64,000 nt of DNA from Patescibacteria group bacterium (GTDB lineage: Bacteria; Patescibacteriota; Minisyncoccia; Moranbacterales; UBA2206): positions 5,884 through 69,883 of the forward strand of contig JAKLIG010000005.1 in assembly GCA_022709735.1 (NCBI GenBank), written 5' to 3'. Below are positions 28,505 through 38,237 of the stretch, in pieces. Made by a program: the position numbers and the translations under genes. Positions within the stretch are counted from its first letter, which is position 1; every line of letters starts with the position of its first letter. The notes below the pieces were generated by a model. It made no database searches, had not been told where the DNA came from, and worked only from the letters and a program-made list of their open reading frames with translations.

Positions 28505-29983
28505 TTGCTTTCGCCGTCCAATGAAACGGACGCTGATTTAGTTCAATTGATTTATTCTTCTCTTTTCAAATATGACGGCGCGGGAAATGCCATTCCGGAT
28601 TTGGCGGAAAGTTATGATTTAAGCGAAGATAAACTAACTTATACCGTGCATCTTCGAAAAAATGTCCGCTGGCACGATGGAGAATCATTCAATGCAGACG
28701 ATGTAATTTTTACGATCAATTTGATTTCCAACCCAGCTTACAAAAGTCCGCTTCGGGGAAGTTGGCAAGGTATTGAAACAAACCTAATTGATGATTCCAC
28801 TATTGAGTTTAGAATAAAAACTCCTTTTGTTGGATTTCTGAATGATCTGACTTTTGGAATTTTACCCAAGCATCTTTGGGACGCCTCCGCGCCGGAAAAT
28901 TTCAGTTTGAACTCTTTGAATTTGCGCCCAATCGGCACCGGACCATATAAATACAGCGCTATTCAAAAAGATTCTAAAGATAATATTCTTTCCTATAAAT
29001 TAGTTTCCAATCCGGATTATTTTTCCGGCCGACCATATATTTCAAAAATGACTTTCAATTTTTATCTGGACGAAGAATCGGCTATAAGTGCCCTAAACCG
29101 CAAAGAAATCATGGGGATAAGCATTGCTTCTTCGGATAATATCAAAAGTATAAAAAATCAAAAAACAGTCGCCATTCATAAAGTGGAAATTCCCCGCTAT
29201 TTTGCGGTTTTTCTCAATCAAACAAAAAGCGTTTCCTTGGCCAGTGATGAAGTGAGAGAAGCGCTAAGCTATGCCACTGATCGAAAAGAAATTGTTGAAA
29301 AAGTTTTAGGCGGATTAGGTCAGGAAGTCTATTCTCCTTTTCTTCCTTATATGATTGGCTACCGTGCTGATGCAAATGAACCAGGTTTCGATTTGGAAAA
29401 AGCCAACAAAATTTTGGAAGAAAAAAATTGGAAAAAAACAGATGAGGGATGGCGAGAAAAAGATGGGACAAAATTGGAAATTAATTTAGTCACCACTGAT
29501 TGGGAAGAACTAACCAAGACCGCGGAAATTCTAAAAACCCAATGGGAGAAAGCCGGCATCAAAGTAAATATAAATTCCTATACCATTTCCGATGTCCAGG
29601 AAAATTATATCCGACCGCGCGAATATGAGGCTTTGCTTTTTGGCCAAGCCATTGGTGCTGACCCTGATCCATATTATTTCTGGCACTCGGACAACAAAAA
29701 AGATCCCGGCCTCAATCTTTCACTTTTTGGCAGTAGCGATTCTGATAAATTAATCGATGCGGGCCGAATAGAATTTGATAATGAAAAAAGAGCGCAAAAC
29801 TATACAGACTTTCAAAAACTTGTTTCCAAAGAAATCCCGGCTATTTTTCTCTATAGCCCAAACTATCTTTACCCGGTCAACCAGCGCGTCAAAGGCATAA
29901 ATATTGAAACTCTAATCTCACCTTCCAATCGTTTTAGCGAAGCTAATCTTTGGTATATAAAAACAAAAAGGATAAAAAAATAA
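28505..29983 (+). CDS. ABC transporter substrate-binding protein, peptide/nickel (family 5, OppA/DppA-like); N-terminus probably begins upstream (ATG 28318 in another frame)
   Basis: SBP_bac_5-like sequence throughout. The open frame continues upstream through a TM/lipid anchor-like LLFYFFLLLFVGSIISS without ATG/GTG/TTG. An ATG (MAKNRPSSKFQRKTSF) lies in the +1 frame before a T-homopolymer. Confidence 0.7.
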   Translation: MLSPSNETDADLVQLIYSSLFKYDGAGNAIPDLAESYDLSEDKLTYTVHLRKNVRWHDGESFNADDVIFTINLISNPAYKSPLRGSWQGIETNLIDDSTIEFRIKTPFVGFLNDLTFGILPKHLWDASAPENFSLNSLNLRPIGTGPYKYSAIQKDSKDNILSYKLVSNPDYFSGRPYISKMTFNFYLDEESAISALNRKEIMGISIASSDNIKSIKNQKTVAIHKVEIPRYFAVFLNQTKSVSLASDEVREALSYATDRKEIVEKVLGGLGQEVYSPFLPYMIGYRADANEPGFDLEKANKILEEKNWKKTDEGWREKDGTKLEINLVTTDWEELTKTAEILKTQWEKAGIKVNINSYTISDVQENYIRPREYEALLFGQAIGADPDPYYFWHSDNKKDPGLNLSLFGSSDSDKLIDAGRIEFDNEKRAQNYTDFQKLVSKEIPAIFLYSPNYLYPVNQRVKGINIETLISPSNRFSEANLWYIKTKRIKK

Positions 29984-29993
29984 TTTTAAAAAT

Positions 29994-30602
29994 ATGCAAA
30001 TTAATTTTGAATTTGTGCCCAAGCACTATGCCGCGCGAGAACATGAAGAAATGAAAGATGTGCTGATGGATCCAAATGGGATTGGTCCAGCGATTCACTA
30101 TTATATGATTCGTGGCGGAGTGGAACAAAAAAATGTTACTGTTTGGGAACCAGGAACTATTTCAGGGGAATATATAAAAACTTATGGCCACTATCATGTC
30201 GGGCAGTTAGAAGAAGATTACGATATTTTATTTGGAGAAGGCATTGCACTTCTGCAAAAATTATCCGTCGATGAAAATGGAAATATGATTGCCGACTGCG
30301 TCGAAGAATTCAAAGCGATTATAACAAAGCCGGGAGACAAAATTCATATGGGGCCAGGTTATGGGCATTTACTCGTCAATACCGGTTTGACTTATTTCAT
30401 CACCGCTGATACCAGCCCAGTCAACTTTGATGAAAAAAATCCAGTTGATTTTCCAGGACACGCTGACTATGAACCAGTAAAAAAGATGCGTGGCTTTGCT
30501 TATTATGTCATTGAAAATAACGGCAAGCCCGCTCTCAAAAGAAATCCTAATTACAAAAAAATCTTAAACGAAGATTTAGGCGGATTGGAAATAATTGGTT
30601 AA
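29994..30602 (+). CDS. Cupin-type glucose-6-phosphate isomerase (archaeal-type cPGI)
   Basis: Recalled from memory, it aligns with Pyrococcus cPGI: metal ligands TYGHYH...E...H, and a C-terminal YYVIENNGKPALKRNPNYKK matching cPGI's IVIEENGEVKVVDNPRWKK. Confidence 0.75.
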   Translation: MQINFEFVPKHYAAREHEEMKDVLMDPNGIGPAIHYYMIRGGVEQKNVTVWEPGTISGEYIKTYGHYHVGQLEEDYDILFGEGIALLQKLSVDENGNMIADCVEEFKAIITKPGDKIHMGPGYGHLLVNTGLTYFITADTSPVNFDEKNPVDFPGHADYEPVKKMRGFAYYVIENNGKPALKRNPNYKKILNEDLGGLEIIG

Positions 30603-30623
30603 TTTAATCATCTTTTGGCCTTG

Positions 30624-30653
30624 CTTCCCAGAAGCTAAAAGCTAAAAGCTAAA
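30624..30653. repeat. (AGCTAAA)x4 heptamer microsatellite upstream of manC
   Basis: Same unit as the arrays at 59661 and 14188, in reverse orientation. Confidence 0.8.
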
Positions 30654-30661
30654 AGCTAGTT

Positions 30662-32038
30662 ATGTACAGCGTCATCCTCTGCGGCGGATCAGGAACTCGC
30701 CTCTGGCCACTAAGCCGGAAAAATTTCCCCAAACAATTTCTAAAACTTATAAGCAATCATTCCCTTCTTCAGGAAACTTATCTTCGAATGAGAAAATTAA
30801 TGCCCGCTGACCATATTTTTTTCATTACCAATTATGAAAGTTATTTTAATGTTGTTAATCAAATCAAAGAAATTGAGAGCGGAAATTTCAATGAAAAAAG
30901 AGTAATCACGGAACCAATAAGCCTCAACACTGCTCCAGCTATCGCTCTTTCTGTAAAATATCTTGAAGAAAAATTTAAAGTAAAGAAAGACGATCCAATC
31001 CTTTTTCTTCCTTCTGATCATTATATTGGAAATTTAGAAAAATATGTTGAGGTTCTCAAAAATGCTTTTCAAAATGTTGGAGATAAAATTGGCACCATCG
31101 GTATCACGCCAAACAAACCGGAAACCGGTTACGGTTATATCAAAAAGGGAGAAAAAAAAGAAAATTATTTTGAAGTTTTAGAATTTAGCGAAAAACCCAA
31201 TGAAGACACAGCTAAAAAATACCTCGAAAGCGGAAATTATGTCTGGAACGCCGGAAATTATATGTTCACGCCAGAAGCTTTTTGGCGAGAAGCTAAATTA
31301 TATTCAAAAGAAATTTTTGATTTAGGAGCAAAAACATTTGATGAATTTTTGAAAAATTTTTCAACTCTTCCGGCTATTTCTATTGACTATGCCATTTCAG
31401 AAAAATCTAAAAATATCATCACCTTTGAGGGAGATTTTGGTTGGAGCGATATTGGATCATTTGAAAATCTAGCTGAAATAAAAAATAAAGATGAAAATAC
31501 AAGGACTGTTGAAATTGACAGTGAAAATATTTATGCCCTTAGCGCTGGCGGAAAATTAATTGCCACGGTTGGCGTCAAAGATCTTGTCATTGTGGAAAAT
31601 ACCGATAGCATTTTGATTCATAAAAAAGGACGCGGGCAAGATGTAAAAAAAGTTGTGGATTATCTCAAGGAAAATAAAATGCCGGAAGTCGAACATAATA
31701 TGATTGTCCACCGCCCTTGGGGAAAATACGAAGTTCTAATTGATGATCCTGAGCATAAAGTAAAAAAAATTACAGTCTATCCTAAAGGTAAATTAAGCTT
31801 ACAACATCATAATCGCCGAGCGGAACACTGGGTAGTAATTCAAGGAATTGCCAAAATAACCAATGGCGAAAAAGAAATTGAACTTGGAAAAAATGAAAGC
31901 ACCTTTATCCCTGTTGGCAACAAGCATAGATTAGAAAACCCGGGAGAAACTAATTTGGAATTAATTGAAGTTCAAACTGGTGATTACTTTGGCGAAGACG
32001 ACATTATTCGCCATGAAGATATTTATAAAAGAGCTTGA
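30662..32038 (+). CDS. manC: Bifunctional mannose-1-phosphate guanylyltransferase / mannose-6-phosphate isomerase (ManC/CpsB type)
   Basis: N-terminal nucleotidyltransferase LCGGSGTRLWPLSR, C-terminal cupin PMI domain. Length 458 aa. Confidence 0.85.
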   Translation: MYSVILCGGSGTRLWPLSRKNFPKQFLKLISNHSLLQETYLRMRKLMPADHIFFITNYESYFNVVNQIKEIESGNFNEKRVITEPISLNTAPAIALSVKYLEEKFKVKKDDPILFLPSDHYIGNLEKYVEVLKNAFQNVGDKIGTIGITPNKPETGYGYIKKGEKKENYFEVLEFSEKPNEDTAKKYLESGNYVWNAGNYMFTPEAFWREAKLYSKEIFDLGAKTFDEFLKNFSTLPAISIDYAISEKSKNIITFEGDFGWSDIGSFENLAEIKNKDENTRTVEIDSENIYALSAGGKLIATVGVKDLVIVENTDSILIHKKGRGQDVKKVVDYLKENKMPEVEHNMIVHRPWGKYEVLIDDPEHKVKKITVYPKGKLSLQHHNRRAEHWVVIQGIAKITNGEKEIELGKNESTFIPVGNKHRLENPGETNLELIEVQTGDYFGEDDIIRHEDIYKRA

Positions 32039-32074
32039 TTTAAGCCAAAATTAGCTGATTTTAGGAATTTGCCC

Positions 32075-32102
32075 TTGACAATTCTCTGGTTTGGAGTATA
32101 AT
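32075..32102 (+). promoter_or_regulatory. Consensus sigma70-type promoter TTGACA-16-TATAAT upstream of rnj (about 215-nt AT-rich leader)
   Basis: Perfect hexamers at 32075-32080 and 32097-32102. Confidence 0.55.
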
Positions 32103-32317
32103 AGTATGATATTATAAACTTGCTTAGATTTCTTTTATACATTTCTTGAATTCTTCACTTAGTTTTCAAAAATCTAATTTTTGTCTTTTTTTTCGTTTTT
32201 TATATTTTATATATTATTTTTTGCTAGTTTATTTTATTTATTCGTATTTAATACGAATTCTTTAATCATTAATAATTAATTAAGCTCATTTAATATGAGC
32301 AGTTTATTCTTAACTTT

Positions 32318-34096
32318 ATGTTTAGTAGAATTTCCAGCCTAGCTGTTTCAGCCAAGCCGGATCAAAAAACAATTCAAACAAAAGCTTTCGTAGAAAGAAA
32401 GCTTCAAATCCAAAGAGGCAATGCCCGCCATAATTTGCGGGTTATCCCTTTGGGAGGCCTTGAAGAAATCGGACGCAATATGACCGTTTTTGAATATGGC
32501 CAGGATATTATAATCGTCGATATGGGACTTCAGTTTCCAGATGAAGATATGCCAGGAATTGATTATCTCATTCCTGATGTTAGTTATCTTCGGGGCAAAG
32601 AAAAAAATATCCGCGGAATAATTATTACCCACGGGCATTACGACCACATTGGTGCCATTCCCCATTTGATGGAAAAAATCGGCAACCCGCCGATCTATAT
32701 GGCCGAGCTTACTCGTGGAATAGTTGTAAAAAGACAGGAAGATTATAAAGACAAAGCACCTCTAAATATTCGTATTGTCAAAAAAATAGACCGCATTCGA
32801 TTAGGATCATTCAGCGTGGAATTTTTCCATGTTAATCATACCATTCCGGATGCTATTGGACTCTCTATTTCCACTCCGGTTGGAACAATTGTTCACACTG
32901 GTGATTTTAAATTTGACCATTCTCCCGTTTCCGATGCACCGGCTGACATCGCAAAAATTGCACGCTTGGGAGATGAAAATATTTTGGCACTTATGAGTGA
33001 TTCTACATCTGCAATGACTCCCGGTTATTCACTTTCAGAATCGCATATTGCCAAAACACTCGATGAAGTTTTTGAAAAAAATCAGCAAGACCGTTTGATT
33101 TTTGCCACTTTTTCTTCTCTTATCAGCCGTATTCAATCTATTATGCTAGCAGCCGAAAAAAATGGAAGAAAAGTAGCGGTGGATGGATATTCTATGAAAA
33201 CCAATGTAGAAATTGCGAGAACATTGGGGTATCTGCAAATTAAAAAAACTACCCTGATTCCAATAAACAAAGTTAATGAATATCCGGATAATAAGGTGGC
33301 GATTTTATGCACCGGCTCTCAAGGCGAATCAAACGCAGTTTTGATGCGAATTGTAAATGGCGAACACCGTTTTGTGAAAGTCCACAAAAATGATATCTTT
33401 GTGCTTTCTTCTTCGGTCATTCCTGGAAATGAAAGGACAGTACAGTCTATCATGGATACTATCTATCGCCATGATGCCAAAGTTATAAACTATGAAATGA
33501 TGGATGTGCACGCGGGAGGACATGCTCGGCAAGAAGATCTCAAAATGATGATTAATCTAATTCGGCCGAAGTATCTTATCCCGATCCACGGAAATTATTA
33601 TATGTTGAAACTTCATGGCGAACTCGGCGTATCAGTCGGCATGGATCCGAAAAATATTCTGATTGGAGAAAACGGACGCGTGATTGAATTTGATTATCGC
33701 GGAAACGGCAAAGTGACTATGGAAAAATTAAATATTTCGAATGTTATGGTGGATGGGCTCGGCGTCGGCGACATCGGGCAAGTAGTCCTTAGGGACCGCC
33801 AGCTTCTCGCCAAAGACGGAATGTTTGTGATCACTGTGATCATCGACGGCCAGACGAAAAAAATTGTTGGAAAGCCTCAAGTGACTTCTCGCGGATTTAT
33901 TTTCGTCAAAGAAAATTTTGATCTCGTTAACGCCACCAAGAAAAAAGTGGAAGAAGTAATTTATTCCAAGATATCCCCTACTGGCGCGACTAACTGGGAT
34001 TATGTAAAAAATAATATCCGCGAAGTCGTTGGACAATTCTTATTCACCAAAACCCAACGGCGACCAATGGTGCTACCAGTAATAATAGAAGTGTAA
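32318..34096 (+). CDS. rnj: Ribonuclease J (metallo-beta-lactamase / beta-CASP)
   Basis: HGHYDH motif (ITHGHYDHIGAIP), beta-CASP region and RNase J C-terminal domain. Length 592 aa. Confidence 0.9.
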   Translation: MFSRISSLAVSAKPDQKTIQTKAFVERKLQIQRGNARHNLRVIPLGGLEEIGRNMTVFEYGQDIIIVDMGLQFPDEDMPGIDYLIPDVSYLRGKEKNIRGIIITHGHYDHIGAIPHLMEKIGNPPIYMAELTRGIVVKRQEDYKDKAPLNIRIVKKIDRIRLGSFSVEFFHVNHTIPDAIGLSISTPVGTIVHTGDFKFDHSPVSDAPADIAKIARLGDENILALMSDSTSAMTPGYSLSESHIAKTLDEVFEKNQQDRLIFATFSSLISRIQSIMLAAEKNGRKVAVDGYSMKTNVEIARTLGYLQIKKTTLIPINKVNEYPDNKVAILCTGSQGESNAVLMRIVNGEHRFVKVHKNDIFVLSSSVIPGNERTVQSIMDTIYRHDAKVINYEMMDVHAGGHARQEDLKMMINLIRPKYLIPIHGNYYMLKLHGELGVSVGMDPKNILIGENGRVIEFDYRGNGKVTMEKLNISNVMVDGLGVGDIGQVVLRDRQLLAKDGMFVITVIIDGQTKKIVGKPQVTSRGFIFVKENFDLVNATKKKVEEVIYSKISPTGATNWDYVKNNIREVVGQFLFTKTQRRPMVLPVIIEV

Positions 34097-34100
34097 TTGT

Positions 34101-34133
34101 AGAGAGCGCATATATGCGCTCTCTTTTATTTTA
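34101..34133 (+). terminator. Rho-independent terminator (perfect palindrome AGAGAGCGCATATATGCGCTCTCT + T-run)
   Basis: Read directly from the sequence. Confidence 0.75.
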
Positions 34134-34391
34134 TTATATTTTTTCAGCCTATTTCGGCGACGGCACAAATTGAAGTTTGCGAGCGTAAAAAATTTACTCA
34201 TTATTATCCTTAGAGGAGTTTAGTAAATTTAGCAAGCAAACTGAAAATTTGTCGGAGACGAAATTAGGCTGAGAGCTCTTTTTGCTACTTTTTCTCGCGG
34301 AGAGAAAAAGTAGAATGTGAATTTGCGTCTGCTCTTTTTGTTTGGTATTATTAATTTATCTAAAATAATTCAAGCCAAGGGGGCGAAAAAT

Positions 34392-34943
34392 ATGGACAAA
34401 ATAAAAGATAAATTAAGCGTAAAAAGATACTTCCTTTATTTGTGCCGTTGGCAATTATCTACGCCAATTATGGCTCCAGTCACCTATTATCTCGGTGCAA
34501 CAGTTGAGGGCGCTGTAGCAGCCAATTTAGTCGGCGGACTCATTTTCTTTTGGATTGATAAATTTATTTTTAGCTCCGACCGAAAAGATCTTTTCAAAAA
34601 ATATGTCCTCTATCTTGGGAGATGGCAAATGACTTCCGTTACGCTCTACCCTTGTATGCTTTTGTTTGGTTCAGAACTAAAAGGAATAATTATCGCAAAC
34701 TTTATCGGCGGACTAATTTTTTTCTGGGTTGATAAGTATATTTTTTCTGACAAAATCTATCCGACTTATTGGGATGTTTTGGAAGAAACGACTTGTTTTG
34801 ACTGCGGAAAAATCGGTCGAGGTTATCGAATAATTAAGGCGAAAAATTATGACCGAAGAAAAGATGTCGCGCCCGAATACCGCTGTGAGCAATGTTCCAA
34901 GAAAAAAACCGAGGAATTGAGGCTTCGAGGCATTGAAGTATAA
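34392..34943 (+). CDS. Membrane protein with an internally duplicated 2-TM module and a C-terminal CxxC...CxxC zinc ribbon
   Basis: Repeats KRYFLYLCRWQLS...GGLIFFWIDKFIFSS and KKYVLYLGRWQMT...GGLIFFWVDKYIFSD; C-terminal CFDCGK...CEQCSKKK. The likely start is the ATG at 34392 after a GGGGG RBS. Confidence 0.5.
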   Translation: MDKIKDKLSVKRYFLYLCRWQLSTPIMAPVTYYLGATVEGAVAANLVGGLIFFWIDKFIFSSDRKDLFKKYVLYLGRWQMTSVTLYPCMLLFGSELKGIIIANFIGGLIFFWVDKYIFSDKIYPTYWDVLEETTCFDCGKIGRGYRIIKAKNYDRRKDVAPEYRCEQCSKKKTEELRLRGIEV

Positions 34944-34961
34944 ATCACTAAAAATAATTTT

Positions 34962-36110
34962 ATGAAACAACGAATTTTTTCCGGCATTCAGCCTTCAGGC
35001 AATCTTCATTTGGGCAATTATTTAGGTGCAATTAAAAATTGGGTTAAGCTTCAAGATGAATACGACTCAATTTTTTGCGTCGTGGATATGCATGCAATCA
35101 CCGTTCCGCAAAATCCCCAAGATTTACGCCAAAGGACGATTGAAGTGGCAAAAGTTTATTTAGCTTCTGGCATAGACCCAAAAAAATCAGCAATGTTTAT
35201 CCAATCGCAAGTTTCAGAACACGCCGAACTGACTTGGATTTTGAATACAATTGCAAAAAATGGCGACTTAACAAAAATGACACAGTTTAAAGACAAGGCT
35301 GGTTTACAGTTTGACCTTGAAGATTTTGAAAAATCATTAGAAGAATTACAAAATCAAACATTTGAATACAAAAATAGAAAAGAGATTAAAGAACTTGATA
35401 AAAATACAGCTATTAAACTAGCCAGGGATGTGGCTTTTGAAACTTCACGAAAATTTATCCATGACTTTATTATTAAATTTAATTCTGCAAAAATTGGACT
35501 TTTTGGTTACCCTGTTCTTATGGCTTCCGATATTTTGCTTTATAATACAAATTTAGTTCCGGTTGGAAAGGATCAATTACAGCATATTGAATTAACCAGA
35601 GAATTAGCTAATCGATTTAATAAAAAATTCGGCGAAACTTTTGTAGTTCCCAAAGCCTACACAACACAAGAAAGCGAAAACATTATGGGGCTTGATGATC
35701 CGACTAAAAAAATGTCCAAGTCTGCCAAATCGGAATATAACTACATCGCACTAACTGACGATGAAGAAACAGTTCGAAGAAAAATTAAAAAAGCCGTCAC
35801 TGACAGCGGATCAGAAATTGTTTACAGCGATTCAAAACCAGCTTTAAAAAATCTTATTAACATCTATTCTTTAATCGCGGATATTTCTATTAAGGATGTT
35901 GAAAAAAAATTCCAGAAAAAAAATTACGCGGATTTTAAAGCGGATTTAGCGGAAGTTATTATCGCTTTTCTAAAACCTCTTCAAGAAAAAATGGCAAAAC
36001 TAACCGACGAAAAAGTTCTGAAAATCCTAGAAAACGGGGCAAAAAAAGTTCGACCAATCGCTACAAAAAAACTTCAAGAAGTTAAAGAAAAAATTGGGTT
36101 TATTAATTAA
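34962..36110 (+). CDS. trpS: Tryptophanyl-tRNA synthetase
   Basis: Class I HIGH region (GIQPSGNLHLGNYLG), KMSKS, and a TrpS-like fold with an insertion. Confidence 0.88.
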   Translation: MKQRIFSGIQPSGNLHLGNYLGAIKNWVKLQDEYDSIFCVVDMHAITVPQNPQDLRQRTIEVAKVYLASGIDPKKSAMFIQSQVSEHAELTWILNTIAKNGDLTKMTQFKDKAGLQFDLEDFEKSLEELQNQTFEYKNRKEIKELDKNTAIKLARDVAFETSRKFIHDFIIKFNSAKIGLFGYPVLMASDILLYNTNLVPVGKDQLQHIELTRELANRFNKKFGETFVVPKAYTTQESENIMGLDDPTKKMSKSAKSEYNYIALTDDEETVRRKIKKAVTDSGSEIVYSDSKPALKNLINIYSLIADISIKDVEKKFQKKNYADFKADLAEVIIAFLKPLQEKMAKLTDEKVLKILENGAKKVRPIATKKLQEVKEKIGFIN

Positions 36111-36116
36111 AATTTT

Positions 36117-36764
36117 ATGTCATTTGAAGTTGATGATTTTTTACCTACCAACCCCGACCTTCCAACATATGGGCTAAATATTGCTTTCGCTTGGCCATTG
36201 CCTGAAAATTTGAGAAAGGCTTATGAAAAACTATACAAAGAGCTCTCCTATTTTGGAGATAATGTTTATGTATATCCGTATGAAAAAACGCATACAACTG
36301 TAATGACCTTGGTAAATTTTAAAAATCATCAGAATCCAAGCAATGAAGAAATTCAAAAAATAAAAAAAATAATACCTGCTATTATTTCTATAGTTTCTGA
36401 AGTACTCCTAAGAGAAAGAATAAAACCCTTCAAAATAAACATAGGGTCTCCAATCCTTTCCAAGCGTGCTGCATATTTACCAATTTCTAACCCAACAGGT
36501 GAAATTTTTTTACTAAGGAAGAAAGTTGCACAAATTTTAGAAAAAAAACTTTCTTTGAAAGTTGAATATAACAAAGATTTTATTCATTCAACAATTATGC
36601 GCTTTTATAAGATTCCGTCTGATACAAAAAAATTTATAAATAAATTTGAATCAATCGCAAAGGATAATCAAATAGGATCAGCCACTATCAATGAATTGCT
36701 GTTAACATCAGAAACAATGCCCTATATGAGAAACGGTGAGAAAATACATGTATTTTCTCTCTGA
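36117..36764 (+). CDS. 2H-phosphoesterase superfamily protein (LigT / cyclic phosphodiesterase-like)
   Basis: Two H-x-T/S-x motifs (EKTHTTVMT and IHSTIMRF) at the expected spacing. Confidence 0.45.
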   Translation: MSFEVDDFLPTNPDLPTYGLNIAFAWPLPENLRKAYEKLYKELSYFGDNVYVYPYEKTHTTVMTLVNFKNHQNPSNEEIQKIKKIIPAIISIVSEVLLRERIKPFKINIGSPILSKRAAYLPISNPTGEIFLLRKKVAQILEKKLSLKVEYNKDFIHSTIMRFYKIPSDTKKFINKFESIAKDNQIGSATINELLLTSETMPYMRNGEKIHVFSL

Positions 36765-36766
36765 GT

Positions 36767-38227
36767 CTATTTCTTCATTTCAGCCAACTTATTTAAAACT
36801 TCTTCTGTCATTTTTTTCGATTTTTCTAAACTCCCTGTTTCACAATAAACTCGTAGTTCTGGCGAATTTCCCGAAGGTCTAACATGAAGAATTTCGCCAC
36901 TTGATAAAAACATTCGTGCACCATCAAGAAAATTAATTTCTTCTATCTCTGAAACCAGCCCAAATATTTTTTGCGCTGTTTTTTTAGCTGTTAAATCTCC
37001 GGCAGAAATTTTTTTCAAAATTTCCTGTCCTTTTTCCGTAGGAAAACCCTTAATACTTTGACTATAAACAAAACGCTGTGGGAAAAGTCTCACTAACTTT
37101 GAAAGCGGTAAATTCTTTTTTTTGGCCAATGCTAGCGCGCTAAGAATTGGTAGCATCGAATCGCGCGTTGGCAATGCCCGCAGTTCACACCCATTTAGTT
37201 TCAAGTTAGTCTGTAAAAGATATCCGCCGTTCGCTTCATAAGAGCCTACCCTTCTGAATCCTTTTTTCTCATCATTTTGCATTGCTTCAACCACATAAGG
37301 CGAACCAATTTTTGTTCTGTTTATTTTTCTAAAAAGTTTGCTTTTTTCCAGCGCCGTCGTGCAGCTGGCCGTTGCAGAAACTGAATCTGCTTTCAAATAT
37401 GCAGAAGTAATTACGCCCAAAAAATCACCGCGGATAAAAGTTCCTGTCTCATCAAATAACATCGGCCGATCGCTATCACCATCGGCTGATAGAATTGCAT
37501 CGGCTTTATATTTTTTCACCCAAGTCTGGGCTTTTTTCAAATAAATTTCCTGGATTGCCTCCGTGTCAATCGGAATAAATTTTTCTGAGCGTTCAACTTT
37601 TATCACCACGGCTCCTAGTTTTTTCAGCGCACTGGCCATAATATCGCGGATCACAGCCGAATGTTGGAAAACAACAATTCGCTTGCCTTTTAACAAATTC
37701 TTTGGAAAAAATTTCAAATATCTTTCAATATATTCCGTTTCAGCTTTTTTATTTAATTTTGGCAGAGAAATATTTTTTTTCAGCGTTCCTTTCTTGTCGA
37801 ATAATTGATTAAATTTTTCGTTGTTTGCTATTTTCTGATGTTTTGCTGTGATTATCTGCTCATCTTTTTTTAATATTTCTGCCGTTGGCAGATTAAATTT
37901 TATTCCATTCCTATCGTACGGGATATGACTTCCGGTTACCATGATACTTGGTATTTTTCTTTGAAAAGCATAGAAAGAAACTGTTGGAGTAGGAATAATT
38001 CCGCAATAATCAATCTGAAAGCCGAAATCCTTAATCGCTGCCACGCAAGCTTTCAAAATTCTCGGCGTGCTTGGACGAAAATCTCCAGCGATAGAAACAG
38101 TGCAATTTTTTTTGACTAATTTTAAATCTTGGAGATATTCCAAAAAAGCTATTGTATATAAATAACATTCTTTGTCAGTTAGCTCCTCTACTAATCCGCG
38201 AAGCCCGCTTGTGCCAAATTTTAACAT
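36767..38227 (-). CDS. Phosphohexomutase (phosphomannomutase/phosphoglucomutase family), copy 1
   Basis: Active-site loop TGSHIPYDRNG (variant of TASHNP) and metal-binding GDGDSDR. Length 486 aa. Confidence 0.65.
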   Translation of the reverse strand: MLKFGTSGLRGLVEELTDKECYLYTIAFLEYLQDLKLVKKNCTVSIAGDFRPSTPRILKACVAAIKDFGFQIDYCGIIPTPTVSFYAFQRKIPSIMVTGSHIPYDRNGIKFNLPTAEILKKDEQIITAKHQKIANNEKFNQLFDKKGTLKKNISLPKLNKKAETEYIERYLKFFPKNLLKGKRIVVFQHSAVIRDIMASALKKLGAVVIKVERSEKFIPIDTEAIQEIYLKKAQTWVKKYKADAILSADGDSDRPMLFDETGTFIRGDFLGVITSAYLKADSVSATASCTTALEKSKLFRKINRTKIGSPYVVEAMQNDEKKGFRRVGSYEANGGYLLQTNLKLNGCELRALPTRDSMLPILSALALAKKKNLPLSKLVRLFPQRFVYSQSIKGFPTEKGQEILKKISAGDLTAKKTAQKIFGLVSEIEEINFLDGARMFLSSGEILHVRPSGNSPELRVYCETGSLEKSKKMTEEVLNKLAEMKK

Positions 38228-38237
38228 ATTGTTTTAG

